From Tubulanus polymorphus (taxonomy: Eukaryota; Animalia; Nemertea): DNA of 64,000 nt. The DNA lies in assembly GCF_964204645.1 (NCBI RefSeq), contig NC_134026.1, positions 3,619,950-3,683,949 on the forward strand. Direction: 5' to 3'. The position numbers and the translations under genes are program-made. A model generated the notes under the pieces. It saw only the letters and a list, made by a program, of their open reading frames with translations. It had not been told where the DNA came from and ran no database searches. Positions 55,487 through 64,000 of the stretch are shown piece after piece (the first letter of the stretch is position 1; each line of letters opens with the position of its first letter).

Positions 55487-55530
55487 TTTTATGATTGGCG
55501 TTCAAAGGTGTGAAAAGAGCTGTCAAATTA
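55487..55530. promoter_or_regulatory. Candidate upstream cis-regulatory module (Hox/Cdx, CCAAT, TCF, T-box and Meis motifs)
   Basis: TTTTATGA 55487-55494, ATTGG 55494-55498, TTCAAAG 55501-55507, AGGTGTGAAA 55506-55515 and CTGTCA 55520-55525. Confidence 0.45.
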
Positions 55531-58500
55531 ACGACTTAAATGCATTCATTTATTATTCGCTAAGCGCCATCTTAGAAAAGCATTTCTCATGTACACTTTC
55601 GTTCTTTGGCTCCTGATAAAGCTATCGTTCTAAACGCGATGCTGAAAAATACGTAAAGATGATATTAAAACTTAACGGCGAAATTGTTAACAAATAATAT
55701 GCGTGAATTGCGGGTTCGGTCGGCGTGGTTACGAATAATGCATCTAATCATTACGTATTCAGCCGCTAATCGGGCTCACGTGTTTAAGTACCACTGGCGC
55801 CGCGGCGTTCGCCGTCGGACAATGGCGTCAAACCCTGAACTCTCAGCCCCGATCGCTCGGCAAACATTTTCATTATGCAAATGAAATCCACAAACAAATC
55901 AACCAAAACAGCATTTTATCGCGCAAATTACAGGCTACCCGGCCCAGTCGACCACTCGAATGAATCTTCCACTGTTATCGACGTTATATATCATATTATA
56001 TACGTTTCGACGCACGCTACTTATTCTAAGGAAATTCTATTTGATACGTGTTCGAAAAAAGTACCAACTTCGGGCAGTAAGACCATTAACAAACATTTTC
56101 TAAATAGAATAGAAAGTTACTATACATCCAGGCCTCACACCTATATTTTATTACTGGTATAATATTCAGAGACTCGAAAATTCTTATAATCCTTTGTATT
56201 AACTGCTAATAATCACTACGATGGGCTATTCAGACGATAATTTTGCGTCTTCTTCAGGTCAGCAACGGACCTCATGTGTTCATATTCATCTCGCAGGGAA
56301 CCAGACATGTAAATTGAGGACAATTTCGGGCCAGGAACGGATTGAAACGGGTGCGCAATTTGCGTTTTAATTTACATGCGTTGTTTCGGCGATAAAGCTC
56401 CAGTTTGAAACCCGTCCCTTTTTGTTGCCAAAACAAATGGATTCCCGGTGGTCTTTTTATCGGCGAGACAATGCCGTGTAATTGGCAATGACAGCCGAGA
56501 GGATTAATAAGTTTGTGAGAAACACGGCAAGGTGTAATGGGTTGCGCTGGGCGTCCCAGACTGCAATATCTGCTAGGCGCCAACGACAGATTGCTAGCTT
56601 GTAACTGCCGAGTAATTAAGTTAAAACTAGCGATGAGAAGGAAGTCAGAATCGACGGGTCAATTTGTGTATTAGTTTTCTGTTCAAACAAGCGCTTTCCG
56701 AGATTAAAAAACTCCAGGACAACGACGTTTAATGCGAAATTTATAGAACCATCCGATATCAACTATTTATAATTCACTTTTAGATTTATGGAGAAAAAGT
56801 GCGTGTACCTATTGCAGATTTTTCAAACTTGTGAAATAACCTGCGAATTTTCTGGAACTTTCAAACCGTCATTTTGTATTTGAAAATTTCTAATTTCTAT
56901 AATTTTCACGATACGATTATCAAAATTCTGTAATTTATTTTGTAAAAAAAGACCGTTGCAATTGAAATGGTGAATACGTTCTTAAAAAACAATATCCAAA
57001 AGCAGAAAATGGAATGATCGAATCGAAATGGAAAAGAAAAGAGATCAAAAACCACGTTGTTCCACAAGAAAATTCTTAATTTATGTACGGAAAAGCCGAA
57101 CTTTTATTCAGCATGAAAATTACTTACCCAAGACGGTAGAAAACAAAAACTGAAGCCCAACGATTGACACCCTGCTAGGTTCGTTTACTTACAGGTATGA
57201 GATCCGACAGCAAATACGTGATAATAAACGCTTAAACGACAAGCTGCGGACAACGGTTGTGTTTACGTCGTTCTCTGAGCGTCAGCCATTATGAATGAGG
57301 CGTGGCTTCGCAAAGCGTCGCACAATACCAACCATTCCTCTCGCATTATAAGAAGGAAGAAAACAAAACAGCCATCAGCAGCAGTAGCTCACGTTCATAC
57401 AGTGCTTTACGTTTATGTTTTTATGTTTCGGTAATACCGCGGTATATCTCGTAACGCCGGGGACACATTTTGAATGATTGGTTCGTGAAAGAATGGCATG
57501 TATGTGTGTGTGCCACGACATCTCGAAGGAAAATGAAAGCCAAAAAATCTGGTGAATATCTTCCGAATAATACAAGCTCATTAGAATATGTAGAATTCAA
57601 AGTTTTACTCATCGTAAGCTTTTCATCCCCCGCGGGCAGAAACTGCGTGAATGATTAAAAAAAAAGATGAAGATGAAGAATGATTTTTGTGCTTATACCA
57701 CGCAGGTTTCGCTATATTTTCGTCTAAGTGATTTCACTATTAAAAATGTCCATAAACAAAACTATTTATAAGCGTTAGCGTTAATCACAAATACACAGCT
57801 TCTAGCGTTAATAAACAGTTCTCCGGTTACACCCAAATCACGTATTTTTACATAAATCTGTTTCGATTGATAACGATATTATTATTTCTATTCTATATCG
57901 TTAATTCGTGGCGGTTTTTCCAACGCCGATTTTCATCAAAATCGTTCGCAAATTCCACCGTCTATCGCGAACTAAATTAATAATCGTAATAGGCAATTTT
58001 ATCACGGCGGATATAGAGTTACTATGGACATAACCGTTGTATATCTATCTCACCAGCCGCGATTTGGAAGGTGGCGAGGAGACACCGAAATTGCTGGCGA
58101 TTATGGCTAATCGGGTTTCGGCGGCGTCGGACGGATTTCACCCCCTGCCAGTCACGCTGCCGTATTAAACTATAATGTACTTGTATTTTAAAACGTCACA
58201 ATAGTATATCAGGTTTTTACAAATAGACTCAGTGATAGCTTGGATAATTAACTGATATTTTGTCACAGTTTTTCTGTCGGAATCGACACGCAGAACTTTA
58301 GAAGATTCGCACCATTGGTGTCCGCATGAAAAGCGCAGGCGATATCGCTCCACGGACCACCTGTGACACCGACAAAAGCAATATTTCAGACAAAATGAAA
58401 GACAAACCTGGAGATTGAGACACGAATGATAAGCAGCTTCTACTTTTCAATGATGGATGGAATGAAAGATGACCTCGAAATTCGAACTTCATTGACATTT

Positions 58501-61500
58501 AAATGCAAACAGCCCTTATATCAATATATAATTGACTAGTATTTATAATCGGCTTACCTCTATAAGGTGAACAAGTACTGGCATTGTTTTATTACACCAA
58601 ATGTCCCCGGTTTATGTGCGATGGGTCGATATATCAAGTAGTCAGTCAGTGGCGAGCCGGTGGAGTCCTCGGTGAACTTGCCGTTTCGACTGGAAATTCA
58701 AAATCGCTTGTTGACAATTCGAGTAAAACCGACCGTTTGATATCTAATTTACAACCGTACTTATCACGACGGGTCGCGAGAAGGCGATATCTCACCAATA
58801 AACGGCTACAGAAGTCAAGAGTAACGGTAAATAAAACACAGTCCTTTCTCGCCTCCGAGTCGATTTATGGCACCACTAATAAAACTTGGTATCGGCATTT
58901 GACAAGATTGTTATCAGCAACCAAAGCGGCAAGACTTTGATAAATTGTCACCGTGTTTTGTAAGAACATAGGGCCGTATGTTCTTATCTCCAAAGTTCGA
59001 GATAAACCTGATTCCTATGGTGCGTATAGACCTACAACACTCCTGAGTATCATAGAGAGTATATAACTTGTGACTATATATCACAATTCGTTTTGATACC
59101 ATAAGTATCTAGATTCCCTCGCAAAAAAATGCAAATTCAATTAGCACAATAAAATGGCGCCATTTTAAATGCGTGGCATTTCATAGCATACAGAAGGACA
59201 CTTAAGGTGATCGGGCCAAAAGGAATGCTTCGAAAGATGGCTAATTTGTATATCGATCTATCCTCGGTGAAGGTAGACGAGTTGAGAATTTAGAGAATAT
59301 TATTTTTTTAAACTTAAAATCTATGTGTATGACTTATTGGGTGCGATTACAGTGGAAAAATAACACGGTACTTGACTTATGCCGTATTAACCGAAGCGGG
59401 AAAGACTATATAGACACGTTGATCGTATGAATATATATATTTCAATATGGGTGTTAAATTGTTTTGTCCACAATTTGATTAATGTACGCCGCTCTATTTC
59501 AACCGAAAACATATCGATTACACCCGGTTTAAGCCCTATATTGAACAGATGCCATTTTAAATATTTGAAGAAGGTCGAATCTTGAAGACGCCAAATAAAG
59601 CCCGACATAATAAGGTGCTTCAAATGGAGAATTCTGTCGCCACGAGTTTTTGTCACTTCTGGTTTTGTTTAGTACGCAACAGCCGTCTGCTTTCAGCCTT
59701 ACAGTATTCGCTTGAATAACATTTGTGTCTTGACTTTGTACGAGGCGCAATTCCTTTGTGACTGTCTTGTTTGGCGGTTAAAGCACTTCACAGAGTGAAT
59801 CAAATCTTTAAAAATAATATTCATAGTATAAGGCGCGGTTAACAGATGCTACAAGGCAAATAAGCAGATGGTAAAGAAGTCGGTGGTCGCCAGGTGGCGT
59901 TGTTAACCAATATTCAACCCAACGGAATTTTCGCCATTGCGCGGTATAAAAATGCACAAAAAGTGAAGAAACAATGTTATGAATATTATCGAAGGTTCAT
60001 AGCTTCGCCACAATTCAAGATAAAATTGTTACGATAAATTTGTTTACATATTTGCGAGATTATCATAGAGCAAGCCATCGCGTAGTATACATGTATATAA
60101 TCGTGAAAAACGTCTGACCGATTTTTATACCACACCGGCGCGGTAGGCAATATTTTTCTCGCTCTATGTGCACGTAAACCTAGACATAAATCACACTTAT
60201 TTCTATGACTTATTCAAAATACGCGGCTTTTGTTTGCAGATAATTAAACTCGTCTGATTGTGTCCGTCTCATCAATTTTGCGCGTATGCGCCAAGTCGCT
60301 GTCGCTATAGCGCGGTTCCTGATCTACCGATAAGATTCATTCGTCGCGCATAAAGAATACGGTCGGAGACGCCGTGACTGCCTGGTAGCACGTTTAGTCT
60401 AAAAAGGCAATAGAATCGGTATCAATAAAGGTAATTTGCATTGATCGCGTTGTCACTGTTAACAGTATGAGCAGACACTATTGGTGTAACGTGGACATGG
60501 TCTAAGGTGTTCTTCTATATTATTCGACTTGTGAAAAAGCTGAATGAATTCACGAAATAAAACTGTGATAGGTATAATTCAAGCATTCATAGGTCTGACG
60601 CCATAACACGAATTATGAATACAGCCGGTCTATGACTGGCGAAAATTCAACGGCTTTTGTGAGAACTTTAACAAGCAGTGGGGCTTTTCAAATCGACCTC
60701 ATATATAGCTAGATTTTTTTCTATCCAGTAAGAAAGTGATGTAAACTTCAGCGTTTCATGGTCAAGATATTTAAATCTTGCAGGTCGACTCAGTGGCGGC
60801 TTCAACCGAAACCTCGATGTTCTTTCAATTTGAAGGATTTTGAATTTCAAATTTGGGGTCGGTCGCTAAAAATAATGAAGCAATATCTTATCAATCAGCG
60901 CCATCTTTTGCTACGAGTGTTTTGTAACCATAGGAACGGCAATGGCGGCATTGTTTCATGGTTTAAACGGGATGACGCGACATCCCCGGTTCAACATTAC
61001 AACGACACAAAAGATGGATCGTGACTTATCGTGAAATTCCGTTACGATCATCAGCTCGGTACATTGTTACTCGAGAGAAAACAGTGGTTTTTGTTTGAAT
61101 CTATAAAAACCCGACACGAACGAGTCGTCGTTTGTAGAACGCATAGCGATAGAAAGAATTCGACCGAATTTCACACGGTCTCTTTGAAGTAACCGGCAAA
61201 AACTATATGCGCGGCTATACTACAAACCATGACAACAACGTGATACCATAAAAAACACGAATACACGACGCATGCTATTTCATAAAATGTAAACATACCA
61301 CAACCTCAGTCCAAGGAAAGGTGAAGTCTGTATGCGTATGTAAAAATATAGCAATACCAGATATAACTTGAATGTCTCTTTTGGTTTTGTAATTTTCACT
61401 TTTCTCAAGAATTCTCTTAATTTTCACAAGAAGTCACAGTTGAATTCGATATCAATTTTCATCAGGCCAGTTGTTGAGAACTGGTGCAGTTAGTTGCTGT

Positions 61501-64000
61501 ATTAATATAAACCCATGCGAAGCGCCGATCAATCATATGCAATATTGACGCGTCGCGAATATATCAATTCAAAACTTGCCAAACTTCGCTCAGTACAGCC
61601 GAGATTTCTGAGACTTAGTCGCCATATTGGATCTCAACACCGGAAGTTAAGATCCGAACCATAAAGGTTAAGTATACAAGTTGATAATTAATAGCCGAGT
61701 CGGCCGAGACCGGAGCGGTGATTGGGCTGTCAATGCACTTCCGATTAGGGCAGATGGCGGGTGGAACTGGAACTGCTTGTTTGTATTCTATCCCTTCGTT
61801 CTTTCATTCATATACGAAATATTAAAAAGTTGTCGAGACGGCGCTATTTTTAAGTCATGACGACGACGGCAGTCGATTTGTTTTTATCGGTTCTTTGAAG
61901 TCTCAATGCCGGATAAACTGGGACGCGATACACCGCGAGCAATATCTACCACTTCGATCGTCTAACTTTCACATACAAACCCATCCTCTTTACGAAGGCT
62001 TTTTGCACCGCGCATAAATACGTTTTGTTACAACATTTCTAATGCGAAATTTTTATAGTCGACAATAATTTATATATAGATATATGTAGTCTAGGGCCAT
62101 CAGCAACTTCAACCTGTCATCTGTAGACAGCCTTTCTGTACAGCTCTCCAATTAATTGTCATAAACAATCCGTTATAACATGCAAGTACGTATATGCATA
62201 TAAATTGTCGTCTGTACGATATAAACAAATTGTAGAATTCGCGACAGAATTGACTCTGATTTTTTGCTATGCGCAAAAACCCTTCGCTGTCATGCGGACC
62301 ACACAAAGTGTTGTCAATATGACGGCTCTCGTGGAAGCTGTAAGGGTCATTCACTGAAGCAAACCCTTTCAGCGGTGGTTTGTTAAAGAGTAACTTGAGC
62401 TCAATAAAGTGCCATTCGTCGTAGTATCGACGCAACAACGAGATACGCTCACTGAAATTCGGTATCTTTTCGACATGACAATAAACAAGATTAACCCCCA
62501 CATTACACTACTGGACAAAAACATAAGTTGTTAGCGATACAAAAAAATCCATGGGCGGCCTCGTCGACTTTCTGTCGCATCTTTTCAATAGCAATATTTA
62601 GTATGAAATCATCAGTGACAATGGTATGAAAGAAGTAAATTGGAATTCATTTAGAATCGGAATTCATCCTAGTTTTTATTTTTCCATCTCATTTTCTTAA
62701 TCCTATTTTCCGGACCTTATCCCAGAATATCTCCAACAGAAAAGCAACAGTTCCCAGTAACGGAAGTAAAGCGATCATCTGTTAGTAAAGCTACCGCGCT
62801 GTAAAAATGCTCATCGTAATTCATTGCATCGTTTTAGTTTGTATGCTGACAACGCTGTTTACAGATTCGAAGACATAAAAGTCTTAGCTCGCAGTCGGGA
62901 TATATGAACCGTCTGGTTTTAGGAATGACACGAAACACGATATCAAAGTCGAGAGATAAAAGACTTGGGCAAAAAGTAGACATGCGATGACCCGATCTGT
63001 CAATAGAAAAGCTCGGTGTCAAATTCTACGACGACGTTCTTTTATCGATGATTTGTAATTTGTAACATCGTGCGATCTGTAATATGGTCAAATTGATAAA
63101 GATAAGCTACGTTTAAACTGAACATTATACATTATCCATATGCTACGCATCATGGACGACAATGACGTCACAGTTGCGTGTCGGTTACCCGGATTGTAAT
63201 CAGACTCGTCTAGCGCCGTGACGTGACGACCGCTACCACGTCTGTGCGGGTAATTTTCACCAGAACTGCCTACGGATCAGTATTTCAAGCTTCAGCGGGT
63301 CAAAAAACTATGATTCAGTAAAAGTCGAACGAACACGCGATCGAGCTATCAGCGTTCAGACACGGAAACAACGTCCACTGCGCAGGCGCAGTTTCCGCCA
63401 TTGCGATCATGTGATACCGCGTTGCAGACGACGATTTACGAGTTGGTGGCGATGTGTGCTAAAATCAAACCAACCGTGAATTTAAATAAACCAGGCCCTG
63501 TCAGACACGCGAGTTAGCTTTCATATTTCGACCTTTTTTAATCAAATGTTTTAATCCACGCATCCTGTTCAACTGATTCACGTGACAGCTAAAGCGATTA
63601 ATGCGTCGCAAGATCGTGGTGGAACTTATCTCCGCATATGTCTTGCATGGCTGAACTTAATTTAAGTTTGTTTTTTAAAGCCGGCCTCATTTTGCGTCCG
63701 ATTCGCGATTCACCGTGTCTAAAAATGTTTGATTCGTTATTCTCGATCGACACTTGAAAATTGAAACTCGAAAACTACAGAATCGTAACTTTTTATAAGT
63801 CGGAACATGAAAGACCCTATTCAACGTGTACATGTATGGATAGTGGAAAATGTGTCATAACAATTTGTGCGTACGGTTCTGTGTTCGCAGACAAGTTGAG
63901 AATTTTCAATCGCCTCACTGGCGACGCCGTCAAAAACCTATAGGTCTCATCAACTACCCTCCACATCCCATAAGTTGTCATAACATGGCAATAATACATG

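Noticed and set aside
62109-62501. 130-aa minus-strand ORF with somewhat protein-like composition
   Set aside because: It starts at GTG with an in-frame TAG three codons upstream, has weak splice signals and belongs to no family I recognise. It remains unresolved but unsupported without BLASTX or RNA-seq.

Overview
This is AT-rich but CpG-rich eukaryotic genomic DNA from an invertebrate, probably a protostome or lophotrochozoan (inference). The main feature is a complete minus-strand Tbx2/3 (optomotor-blind-like) T-box gene. I reconstructed it by hand as six coding exons: 55039-54702, 43908-43641, 31417-31271, 29215-29139, 27122-26932 and 25933-24807. All introns are GT-AG and phase-compatible, giving 2148 nt and 715 aa. 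Exon 4 is absent from the supplied ORF track. The left end (1 to about 2343, minus strand) holds the 5' part of a second spliced gene that the track also misses. It encodes a Lys/Ala/Pro-rich linker followed by a 7-aa P-x-P-x-P-E/D-T repeat that runs off the window. The rest is apparently gene-free intergenic and intronic DNA with several small inverted-repeat (MITE-like) elements, microsatellites and candidate cis-regulatory motif clusters. Most ORFs in the track look like chance or antisense-shadow ORFs. I see no CRISPR, rRNA, tRNA or autonomous transposon. I found no clearly new biological system. The best leads are the unannotated Pro-repeat gene, a four-armed palindromic element and a compact TCF/T-box/Meis module upstream of Tbx2/3.
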